Shown here: positions 47,207 through 55,609 of the stretch, piece by piece
Layout of the letters: each line of letters begins with the position of its first letter
Numbering within the stretch: position 1 is the first letter of the stretch
Virus record (IMG/VR): IMGVR_UViG_3300021085_000013
Coordinates: 1 to 64,000 of that record
Strand: one strand, 5' to 3'
DNA: 64,000 bases
Source of the DNA: an uncultured virus (IMG/VR IMGVR_UViG_3300021085_000013)
Lineage: Duplodnaviria; Heunggongvirae; Uroviricota; Caudoviricetes
The notes under the pieces: model-generated
What the model was told of the DNA's origin: nothing
The model's input: only the letters and a program-made list of their open reading frames with translations
Databases searched by the model: none
Translations under genes and position numbers: made by a program

Positions 47207-49333
47207 TTATAAATATCTATCGATAAATTCTTCTTTGCTACCAACAAATGATCTAGTCTTTGGGCCAAAAAGAACAATTTCAGCACCTTCTGATTTAAGC
47301 CAATCTGCGACTTTTTGAGCTTTTTTCTTATCAGCTGATAACCATACTGTGTCAAATTCAGAACCGTGAGACCTTTGCATTACAATACCTCCTTTTTCAT
47401 TTGTAAATTTAAACTTATCTCCAAGAGCAACACTTACTTTAATATTTTTATCAAAATTCTTTTTATGATTCTTAAAAGAATATGCTAAAGCACCTGAGTA
47501 ACTTTTAGTGTCAGTTGTAAATTCATCTAAAGATGTAGTAGTACCTTCATAAATATTTGATTCAAATGCTGGAACTAATCCAGTTTCTCCGTAGATATCT
47601 GCCATCATCCATTTTTTAGAACCTTCATCCCATAAATAAACGAATTCTGCACCACCTTCGTAATTTGCATCTTTAATATATTTGTTAATATTCTTAACAT
47701 TACCTTTCATCAGATTAACATCTCCGCCATAGAAATTAATTTTCTTAACGTCTTTATCTAAACCTGAATTATCTCCATTTTTAAGAACAAAATCTACATT
47801 TTTACCACTTTTAAAGGTTGATTTAATAATAGGCAACATGTTTTCAGGATATGAATCATAGTGAGTATATACTGAAGTAATATTTCCTTTCTTGTCTATT
47901 TTACCAAATTGACCTCTAGTTCCTTCATTAATTACATAATTGATTACTTCGTTAAATTTAGATTCTTTTAAAGAAATTTCTTCTTCAGTTAATTGAAACT
48001 TAACTGATTCTTCTACTGCGTTAAATCCTGCTAATAATTTTTCAGCAAGTTTAGATTCACCAATAGATTCTAAATATAGAGCAGTGCCTTCAGCAACTCC
48101 AATACCTGACCATCCGGCAGCATTTGAAATTCTAGAATAATACTCATCTAATATCTGTGATATTTTCTTTGCTCCTACTATAATAGCTTGTTTACCAAGA
48201 GTTAAAGGATTAACAGTAACACTTCCTAATCTTCCTTTGATAATTTTTTCAGTAGCTGTTCTTTCTCTATGGAAATTAGCATCAGTTAATGCTTCAGCAT
48301 AAATATATTTAATAGCTCCTAAGTGAGAAATTTTATCAGCTGTTAAGCTTCCTAGTTCTGCAAATATTTTATTGTATTGAGTTAATACTTTCTTTGCATC
48401 TCTTTTATATTTAATATCTAAGGCCTCATTCATTAATGATTCTCCTAATCCCCAGTAATTTGCGTAATCGTATTCAACTGGGAATATACCTAAATCACCT
48501 TCATCACCTTCTTCACTTTTAACAATTTTAGCAAGATAGTAATCTCCCTTTGCAGTATCTTCATATCCGTATGAATCTGCATCTGATCCCATTTCTTTTT
48601 TAAATTGTTTTGATATCTTTCTCCAATTATCGATAGCGATTATTTCAACTTCACTTCCAATTGAATTTTCAGTAGTATCTCCTACTTTAAATTTAGCTTT
48701 TTCAGTAACTAAAGATTCTGAAAATTCTTCAATATGTTCCATATCGATTTCATCTTCTCCCTTTAATTCTTTTTGTACTTCTTTAGACTTTACTAATTTT
48801 GAAAGATCTTTCATAGTGATTTCTCCATCAATGAAGTCAGCTAGTATATAGTATTGATTAGCAGAAAGTCCTTCACTGTCTCTAAAATCACCAATTTCTT
48901 CAATTGCTGCTTTAGTAACGGTCTTAGCTTCAGTAATCACTGATTCGCTTAATGAATTTCTTAGACCACAGTGTACGCATTCTACCGTTCCGTCCTTGTC
49001 AATTTGCTTATATAAATGTCCTTTTTTATTAGTACATTTTGGTTCGTCTGATTCAGTAACTTCTTCTGATGCAGTAACCTCTTCTACCTCTACTTCTATT
49101 TCAGCGATTTCTTCTTCTGAAACATCTCCAAATATTTTTGAGATAATTGATTCTTTCTGATCTTCTTCTAAACCTTCGAAAGAAGTTAATCCTAATTCAT
49201 CTAGAATAGCAGCTATTTTACCAACTGATTCTTGTCTTTTTAAATTGTTTTCTTCTCTAAGTTTACTAACAGATTCCTGTTTTCTAATCTCTGTAAACGA
49301 TTTAAATGAAGAAATTTTATTAACTTTTGCCAT
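47207..49333 (-). CDS. Putative capsid-packaged polyprotein (708 aa)
   Basis: N-terminus KISSFKSFTE; linkers ESVITEA, ESLVTEK, ESLMNEA, VINEG, ESNIYEG; late motif at 49367-49374. Confidence 0.7.
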   Translation of the reverse strand: MAKVNKISSFKSFTEIRKQESVSKLREENNLKRQESVGKIAAILDELGLTSFEGLEEDQKESIISKIFGDVSEEEIAEIEVEVEEVTASEEVTESDEPKCTNKKGHLYKQIDKDGTVECVHCGLRNSLSESVITEAKTVTKAAIEEIGDFRDSEGLSANQYYILADFIDGEITMKDLSKLVKSKEVQKELKGEDEIDMEHIEEFSESLVTEKAKFKVGDTTENSIGSEVEIIAIDNWRKISKQFKKEMGSDADSYGYEDTAKGDYYLAKIVKSEEGDEGDLGIFPVEYDYANYWGLGESLMNEALDIKYKRDAKKVLTQYNKIFAELGSLTADKISHLGAIKYIYAEALTDANFHRERTATEKIIKGRLGSVTVNPLTLGKQAIIVGAKKISQILDEYYSRISNAAGWSGIGVAEGTALYLESIGESKLAEKLLAGFNAVEESVKFQLTEEEISLKESKFNEVINYVINEGTRGQFGKIDKKGNITSVYTHYDSYPENMLPIIKSTFKSGKNVDFVLKNGDNSGLDKDVKKINFYGGDVNLMKGNVKNINKYIKDANYEGGAEFVYLWDEGSKKWMMADIYGETGLVPAFESNIYEGTTTSLDEFTTDTKSYSGALAYSFKNHKKNFDKNIKVSVALGDKFKFTNEKGGIVMQRSHGSEFDTVWLSADKKKAQKVADWLKSEGAEIVLFGPKTRSFVGSKEEFIDRYL

Positions 49334-49365
49334 TTTTAATGTTTATTTAATTTAGTTTCGTTATT

Positions 49366-50874
49366 CTATATATCTCCGTCAAATTTGACTTTCTTAATAC
49401 TATACTCAAATTTCTCTTGTTTATAAATTTTTTGTCTAGCTTTACTGTGTTTGTATAGGTAATTGTCCCATTCGTCGGTTCTAATGTCATCTACAAAATC
49501 GATAATTAATACAGCTTCTTTAGACTCATGCTGCCTTAGACCTCTACCAATTGACTGCCTGATGATCACCTCGGACTTAAATGACTCTGTAAAGAATATA
49601 TTGTGTATTTTCTTAATGGAAATTCCAGTAGAAAATGTACCATAACTAGCTACAATAACTACTTCATCTCCTGCTTCCATTTTCTTCTTATATTCTTCTC
49701 TAATATCTTTATCAGTTCCTCCATCTACATAAAAAACTCTTTTATCTGAGTTTTGGCGAAGTTGTTCGTATATTTTTTTACCATGTTCTATCCTATGAAA
49801 CAGAACCAGAGAGTTTCTAGGAACCTTGCCAACGACATTACATATAAAATTAAGTCTACCAAAAGAATTAATAATGTAATTTTGTTCTAGTTGAAAAACA
49901 TCCTTCCTATCATACTTATTAAATGCTAATTCTTCAAATGCCTTTTTGGCGGAATCAGGTGCGTAATTCATTTCAATTACCTTTACTTTACATTTAGCGA
50001 TGTGACCCTGGCTCTGTAAAAATGCAGCCTTAACTTCGCTAATTACAGGACCCGTTTGACTCATTAGTGTTAACTTGTCTAAAGATCCATCTTTGGGAAT
50101 TGTACCCGATAAACCATACTTATATTTTGCGTTAGTGCATTTTTGTAATATAGTCTTAATAGAATTAGATTTCGCCTTATGGGTTTCATCTACGATAACA
50201 GCGTCGAACTGTTGAAAGTATTCTTTGGGCTTTTTAACTAGGGATTGATATGTACCTATTACTACATTCCGGTCTGACTTTATTTTCTGACCAGCATATA
50301 TTTGTTGTATCTTTAGTTTTATTCTATTCTTATTATTGTATTCGTGGAAATCTTCATGAGCCTGTACAACTAAAGAAACATTAGGAACTATAAATAGTAT
50401 TTTCTCTGCTCTTTCTTTTTCTAACATATAAGCTACTGTTAAAAAGCTAATAAGTGTTTTTCCAGCAGACGTTGCTAATTCAGCTAAACATCTCCTAAAC
50501 TTTAGGATATTAAATGCAGTTTCTATTTGATAATCCCTTGGAACAAATTTGCTACCCTCAAAAAATTCTAAAGCCCATGCTTCAAATGATTCGGCTCCTA
50601 TGTTTCTATCAAATAGTCTTTGAATTCCATTAAGTTTAAGATCAAACTTATATTCCTTGCAAATAAGCATAACGTATCGCCAAAGACCAGCGGGAATCCA
50701 CTTATCGTCTTTGATATATGAAACATATCCGTCCCATATTCCTTTCTTGACTAAAGGATTAAATCTCCAACTATCAATTCTTTTAGTTAAAGATATTTTA
50801 ATCTGCTCTAGTTCAAGTTCCTCTGCTTCATCAATTCGTAAGAATTGATTATCATCCGTTAGAGTTAAAATCAA
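49366..50874 (-). CDS. uvsW: SF2 DNA helicase UvsW
   Basis: PRDYQ, ATSAGKT, GTYQSL, DETH, GLSGT, FSTGISI, QSIGRGLR. Confidence 0.92.
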   Translation of the reverse strand: MILTLTDDNQFLRIDEAEELELEQIKISLTKRIDSWRFNPLVKKGIWDGYVSYIKDDKWIPAGLWRYVMLICKEYKFDLKLNGIQRLFDRNIGAESFEAWALEFFEGSKFVPRDYQIETAFNILKFRRCLAELATSAGKTLISFLTVAYMLEKERAEKILFIVPNVSLVVQAHEDFHEYNNKNRIKLKIQQIYAGQKIKSDRNVVIGTYQSLVKKPKEYFQQFDAVIVDETHKAKSNSIKTILQKCTNAKYKYGLSGTIPKDGSLDKLTLMSQTGPVISEVKAAFLQSQGHIAKCKVKVIEMNYAPDSAKKAFEELAFNKYDRKDVFQLEQNYIINSFGRLNFICNVVGKVPRNSLVLFHRIEHGKKIYEQLRQNSDKRVFYVDGGTDKDIREEYKKKMEAGDEVVIVASYGTFSTGISIKKIHNIFFTESFKSEVIIRQSIGRGLRQHESKEAVLIIDFVDDIRTDEWDNYLYKHSKARQKIYKQEKFEYSIKKVKFDGDI

Positions 50875-50891
50875 TTTTCATTTAACTTTTT

Positions 50892-51326
50892 TTACAGTCT
50901 CGAAATATCAAGGCGATTCTTTATTGCAAAGCCCATATTGTCGAGAGTTTTTACTGAGCCTTCAATAAAGGCCTTTTGGCTTTCAAGTAAATCCAAAATT
51001 TGCTTATCGTCTGAAAGATCTGCATCAATAAAACGTTCTCTTTGTTTATCTGTTATCTTATAATCAAACTTATAATATTCAATCCATTTTTGTTTATATA
51101 ACTTGTCTACTGTTCCTTTCTGCGTTCTAATTTTACCACCAATGGTTGCTAAATTTTCAACTAATATTTGCCTATAACTTAATGTGTATGCGCTAACATC
51201 TTCTAGGTTAATACCTTCTTTTAAGTTTTCAGTAAGTTCTTTAATCTTTAAAGTCCATTCTGATCTTTGTTTTGCTAAATATTCGTCTAATTGTACAATC
51301 TTAGATTTGTTTGATTGTTCTGCCAT
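50892..51326 (-). CDS. uvsY: Recombination mediator (UvsY-like)
   Basis: 144 aa helical, EYY, FIDAD, KTLDNMGFAIKN; adjacent to uvsW. Confidence 0.7.
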   Translation of the reverse strand: MAEQSNKSKIVQLDEYLAKQRSEWTLKIKELTENLKEGINLEDVSAYTLSYRQILVENLATIGGKIRTQKGTVDKLYKQKWIEYYKFDYKITDKQRERFIDADLSDDKQILDLLESQKAFIEGSVKTLDNMGFAIKNRLDISRL

Positions 51327-51337
51327 GTGGTGTTTTT

Positions 51338-51550
51338 TTAGAATAATGAGTTGTTATTAGTATTCTTCTTAATATAAACTTGACTCTTAAATTTTTTCTT
51401 ATATTTAGGAGTTATTTTAATTTCTTTTTCATCATGTGATAAATCAGCGGCTGCAAACCCAATAATCATTTTTAGATTTTTGTGTCTTTTTCCATCTTCT
51501 TCGAATTGATCTAATTCGTCGTTTACCATTTGTACGTAATCGTCTATCAT
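51338..51550 (-). CDS. Small hypothetical protein ending in SLF
   Basis: 70 aa, overlaps primase stop. Confidence 0.55.
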   Translation of the reverse strand: MIDDYVQMVNDELDQFEEDGKRHKNLKMIIGFAAADLSHDEKEIKITPKYKKKFKSQVYIKKNTNNNSLF

Positions 51551-52629
51551 AAGTAATAAGCATCTAGTCGTGAATTACTAAAATACTTATCCATTGTAGA
51601 TAAACATTTATTTTTTGTTTTCCAAGCAGCGATAACTAGATCGTTTAGATCTTTAATCTTGCTAGGATATTTATCCATCTTAGATTCAGAAAGAAATTTG
51701 TCCCATGTAAATACTTCTTTACCTCTTTTTAATTTTTGCATCATCTTTGATTTTCCTGCTTCGTCGTTATCAAACATATATCGTATTGTTGGAATTTCGT
51801 CTAATTCTTCAGTTGATCTAGTTACAGACGCCAATGCTATAGAGTTAGGCATAAATAAGGCATCTAAGGGTCCTTCGAATACCGTACAAGGCATTTGGAA
51901 GTTTGCAGTCATGATACCAAACAAAGTTGATAGCTTCTTAGAGGATATAAGCTGTTCATCCTGAAGAGGTATTTCTTTATTCATTTCCTGATATATCTTT
52001 TCTATATCGTATGTTAAATATCTTGTGTTTTTACTTTTTCTTAAAGATCTACTTTGAAATCCTATAACTTTACCTTCAGGTGCTAAGTTTAAAACTAAGA
52101 TTCTTTTATCTTTGGGAGAATATAAGAAGTGATTAAGTTTCTTATGTAAAAACCTGTTCTTTAAATAGAAAAAGGCAGGATCGCCTGGTTCTATTTCTAC
52201 AAGTTTAAAAACTTCTTTAAGTTCCTTTCTTGTAGGTGATAAATCATATAAAGTTTTAAATACACCATGTTGTAGAGTGTCTACTTCATTAACAGATACC
52301 TTGTGTTCTTTAATATATTCTATAATTGTAATAGAATCTTGAGTATCTTGGAATTTTAGGTGATGATCTTTTAGAAAACCATATAGATCTGAGTGTTGTC
52401 CACAATTAAAGCAGTGGAATTGTAACGTTGCCCAATATAGATTACCTCTTTTCTTATGAGTTTCACCATGTGAGTCACCACAATAAGGGCATGCCAGGTT
52501 TAAACGACCTGGCATTTCCTTAATCATGTGTTTGTTAGGGTCAGTATGTTCTTTTACACAAACTTGTTTAACTAAACTTCTGACCTTCTGCTTTAAATCT
52601 TCTGTGATTTTTTTAGATTCCGATTTCAT
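51547..52629 (-). CDS. gp61: DNA primase (gp61-like)
   Basis: Zn finger CPYCGDS...HCFNCG; Toprim FEGPLD and FDND; KDLND. Confidence 0.92.
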   Translation of the reverse strand: MKSESKKITEDLKQKVRSLVKQVCVKEHTDPNKHMIKEMPGRLNLACPYCGDSHGETHKKRGNLYWATLQFHCFNCGQHSDLYGFLKDHHLKFQDTQDSITIIEYIKEHKVSVNEVDTLQHGVFKTLYDLSPTRKELKEVFKLVEIEPGDPAFFYLKNRFLHKKLNHFLYSPKDKRILVLNLAPEGKVIGFQSRSLRKSKNTRYLTYDIEKIYQEMNKEIPLQDEQLISSKKLSTLFGIMTANFQMPCTVFEGPLDALFMPNSIALASVTRSTEELDEIPTIRYMFDNDEAGKSKMMQKLKRGKEVFTWDKFLSESKMDKYPSKIKDLNDLVIAAWKTKNKCLSTMDKYFSNSRLDAYYL

Positions 52630-53569
52630 CTAAGAAAGAATCTAGATCATCGCTATCTGCTGATGCAGTTGAAGATTTTGTTTCTGCTGCCGTTGGAGTC
52701 GCTGTCATTGTGTCAGGGAATTCAAAGTTAGCATCATTTCCTGTTACCGGAGCTGCTTCTTTTACTGCTGCTTTTTTAGCAGCTGGTTTCGGTGTAGAAA
52801 TTACAGAATCCATTGAAGAACCAGGGTTAAGATATTGTCTTAAAATACCATTGACAAAGTCAAGAGTTTCAGCATCCCATTTCTTATATCCATAAGGATC
52901 TAAAGATGGTGCTGTATCTAATTCACCTTTAATAGATGTCATAGCTTCTTGGTTTCTTTCAGCTGGTTTTCCATCAATTGCAATAGCTGATCTAGTTGCA
53001 GAGAATTTAGACTTATCATAGTTATTATATTCACCTTGGCGAGTAATAATAAGTTCAAAGTTCTTTCCTTCGAATAAATCATAAATCTGAGTTGGTTCAC
53101 CAAATGCAGGTTTAGTTTCTTCTTCGATCTTCTCTTTAATTTTGTAACCGAATTTAAATACTTTATAAGTACCTTCTAATTCAGGGTTCTGAGGATCTTT
53201 CACTACTTTAATAAGTGAGTAATACTGTTCTCTACGCTTAAGCTTGTCGCTCATCTTACGGTCTACTGCTGAATCACTCTTACGAAGTTTGAAGAATGCA
53301 TCTGCAATTGGACACTTATCTCCTACCGTTGAAGGTGAATCAATAAGTCTTCCATCGCCGTTAGCGTCAGTTAGCCAGTGTACATACTTTTTAACTAATG
53401 AATTTCTTGGGTTTGTTGGGTTTGGAACAAAACGAATAAGTGCTTTGTAAGTTCCGTCTTTACCATCGTCTGCTGATGGTTTGTAGATCTCATTTGTAGA
53501 GCTTGAGCTCTTTGTTTCATGAGTTTCAACGTCTGATACGCTGAGGTTAAAAATGTCAAAATCTGCCAT
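52613..53569 (-). CDS. gp32: Single-stranded DNA binding protein (gp32-like)
   Basis: ALIRFVP, KDPQNPELEG, FKFGYKI, NYDKSKF, acidic tail DDLDSFLDEIGI. Confidence 0.92.
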   Translation of the reverse strand: MADFDIFNLSVSDVETHETKSSSSTNEIYKPSADDGKDGTYKALIRFVPNPTNPRNSLVKKYVHWLTDANGDGRLIDSPSTVGDKCPIADAFFKLRKSDSAVDRKMSDKLKRREQYYSLIKVVKDPQNPELEGTYKVFKFGYKIKEKIEEETKPAFGEPTQIYDLFEGKNFELIITRQGEYNNYDKSKFSATRSAIAIDGKPAERNQEAMTSIKGELDTAPSLDPYGYKKWDAETLDFVNGILRQYLNPGSSMDSVISTPKPAAKKAAVKEAAPVTGNDANFEFPDTMTATPTAAETKSSTASADSDDLDSFLDEIGI

Positions 53570-53571
53570 GT

Positions 53572-53612
53572 CTTTAATTGCTTTAATTTACGTTAATGTC
53601 TTTAATCTTTAA
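53572..53612 (-). repeat. TTAAAG repeats in SSB mRNA leader (putative autogenous operator)
   Basis: ctttaa at 53572, 53581, 53600, 53607 plus variant cgttaa at 53591. Confidence 0.6.
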
Positions 53613-53702
53613 AAAACTTTCAATAGTTATACATGTAATTCCTAAAAGGTTTCACAATAATAACTATTCTATATATCCGTATCGCAGGGGGCAGGGGAAG
53701 AA

Positions 53703-53894
53703 TTATAGCTCTGTGTAAGTTGCACCAGATTCGTCAATCCACTTTGAAGAAGAGTTTGGAAGACGAGCTAAACCAGCCTTTCTTAACATATCTATCATTT
53801 CATTTTCTGTTATTCTATGTTGAGTTACCATATCACTTAAAATCTCTTTAAGCTTTAATAGGTGTGCCGGTATTATTTCTTTATCTGTTTGCAT
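53703..53894 (-). CDS. Small hypothetical protein (63 aa)
   Basis: ORF directly behind late motif 53900-53907. Confidence 0.55.
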   Translation of the reverse strand: MQTDKEIIPAHLLKLKEILSDMVTQHRITENEMIDMLRKAGLARLPNSSSKWIDESGATYTEL

Positions 53895-53975
53895 ATTTTT
53901 ATATATCTTTTTATTTTATGAAACTTTATGGGGAAAAGACAGTATAACTTAAGACTTTAAGCCTCAGTGGTAAAT

Positions 53976-54671
53976 CTATTCCTCAGTGGCCGACATCTTT
54001 GCTCTAACGAAGTGAGTTAAAAAGTAAGCGTCAACTAAATCGTCAAAGGGTTTTGGTATTTTTTTCGAAGGTCCAATTTCTTTCACACAAAAATCTAAAA
54101 GAGGATGTTCTGCTAAGACTTGATCTTCTAATACATTACCTAAAAAGGCATCCCATAATTGAGACTTATTCATGTTTCCTTTTCCAGCGTGTTTCTTAAT
54201 TGTAGTAGGAGCAATGGTTTGAATGTCTAGGATTTCAAGTTGACTTAGCATTCTTTCTTTAAGTATTGCAGCTCCTGCAGCCATATCTATAATATTATTA
54301 GTTCCCATTTTCGAACCGAAAGAAGTTCCTTCAAAAGAAATAATATATTGCTTCTTTGTTTTTGTAATATCCGTTATTAAATTAATAATGTCATCTGCTG
54401 TTTTAGCGTATCTCTTTATCTTTGCTAATTCAACGCTTGAATAATCTGCACCATGTTTTCCCCAGTCGGGTTGATTAATAAGAGTAACTCCCTTCAAATG
54501 AGATATGTCTTCTTGCCAAGCTCTTTCTTTCTTGGTTCCTTGGCCTTCTTTAATATAAGATATGAAATGATATTCGTTAGTTTCTTCTTGGTATATAAAA
54601 ATACCTGGAGAGTTTAATGAAAAGTCTACTGATACGTAATTCAAATTAGAATGATTTTCCGATAGCAGCAC
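53976..54671 (-). CDS. RuvC-like Holliday junction resolvase (start may be TTG at 54644)
   Basis: VDFSLNSPG, SFEG, APTTIKK-AGKGNMNK, DDLVDAY. Confidence 0.8.
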   Translation of the reverse strand: MLLSENHSNLNYVSVDFSLNSPGIFIYQEETNEYHFISYIKEGQGTKKERAWQEDISHLKGVTLINQPDWGKHGADYSSVELAKIKRYAKTADDIINLITDITKTKKQYIISFEGTSFGSKMGTNNIIDMAAGAAILKERMLSQLEILDIQTIAPTTIKKHAGKGNMNKSQLWDAFLGNVLEDQVLAEHPLLDFCVKEIGPSKKIPKPFDDLVDAYFLTHFVRAKMSATEE

Positions 54672-55014
54672 CTAATCCAGCGCCAACTAATCTTGAGGTT
54701 AATAAATCGTAAAAAATACCTTTTTGAATTCCTAAAACTTTAGCAACTGTTTTACCAATTGTTTTACCTAAAGCAAATCCTGTAAGGCCACCAAATATAG
54801 AACCTAAGAAACCTTCATTTGTTAATTCCTCATTAAATCTTTCAAAATCAAACGTTCCATCTTCATTTGCGTACTGTCTAGTAAATTCTTCTAATGCCGC
54901 ATCAACCTTTTGCTCTAATTCGTCAGTCCATTCTGACTGTAGAGATTCTTCTAATAGAGTAATTTCCTCTTTAGTTATATTCTCTTCGCTTAAGTATTCA
55001 AAAAATGTTTTCAT
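54646..55014 (-). CDS. Putative packaged membrane-active protein with glycine zipper
   Basis: MKTFFEYLSE; acidic N-half; LTNE then GFLGSIFGGLTGFALG...VGAGLGAAIG. Confidence 0.65.
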   Translation of the reverse strand: MKTFFEYLSEENITKEEITLLEESLQSEWTDELEQKVDAALEEFTRQYANEDGTFDFERFNEELTNEGFLGSIFGGLTGFALGKTIGKTVAKVLGIQKGIFYDLLTSRLVGAGLGAAIGKSF

Positions 55015-55051
55015 TATAATTGTCTATATTGTTATGGATTATATATCTCTT

Positions 55052-55609
55052 TTATTTATTATCTATTTCAGGAGTTATATTGAACTTGTTGTAATAAAAA
55101 TTAAGGGTGAATGTAGAAAACTCCGCGACATTACTTGACATATTTAATTCCAACTCTGATATTGAATTAAGAATAGGTTTTTCGAAAACTGCACTCATTA
55201 AATGTATACCCTCAGAATCCATTATTTGAAGTTTAAGATCGTTAATAAACGGGTCTCTAACCTGTTTTGAATAATAATATAATAGAGTATCTTGCATTAT
55301 AAAATAATTAACATATCCATCTAATAACTGAAGCTCTATAGAAAATTGTCTTTCAATAGTATTCTGTATAGGAATAGATCCTCTGTGATATGTAATAGTT
55401 CCATCGTTAGGAGATTGTGATATTGGATCAAAATTAATCCCTGGCATACTTAAACCCTGTATTGAATAATTGATAAAATCAATAGGTTCTTCTAGAATAT
55501 TTCCCGGAATTCTATTCAAATAAGGTCTGTATTTATCAGCTACTTCCTTTGGAATAAAGGTCCTAGGGAACTTAAAGTTAAATAAGTTATTTCTACTATT
55601 TAATATCAT
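55052..55609 (-). CDS. Tail tube-fold protein (gp19/gp3/gp54-like)
   Basis: SIQGLSMPGI, NYFIMQD, ISELEL, FTLNFYY pattern. Confidence 0.55.
   Translation of the reverse strand: MILNSRNNLFNFKFPRTFIPKEVADKYRPYLNRIPGNILEEPIDFINYSIQGLSMPGINFDPISQSPNDGTITYHRGSIPIQNTIERQFSIELQLLDGYVNYFIMQDTLLYYYSKQVRDPFINDLKLQIMDSEGIHLMSAVFEKPILNSISELELNMSSNVAEFSTFTLNFYYNKFNITPEIDNK

Noticed and set aside
53976..54671. Cas12/TnpB-type RuvC effector
   Set aside because: Short stand-alone RuvC fold without Zn ribbon or guide locus; fits a phage resolvase
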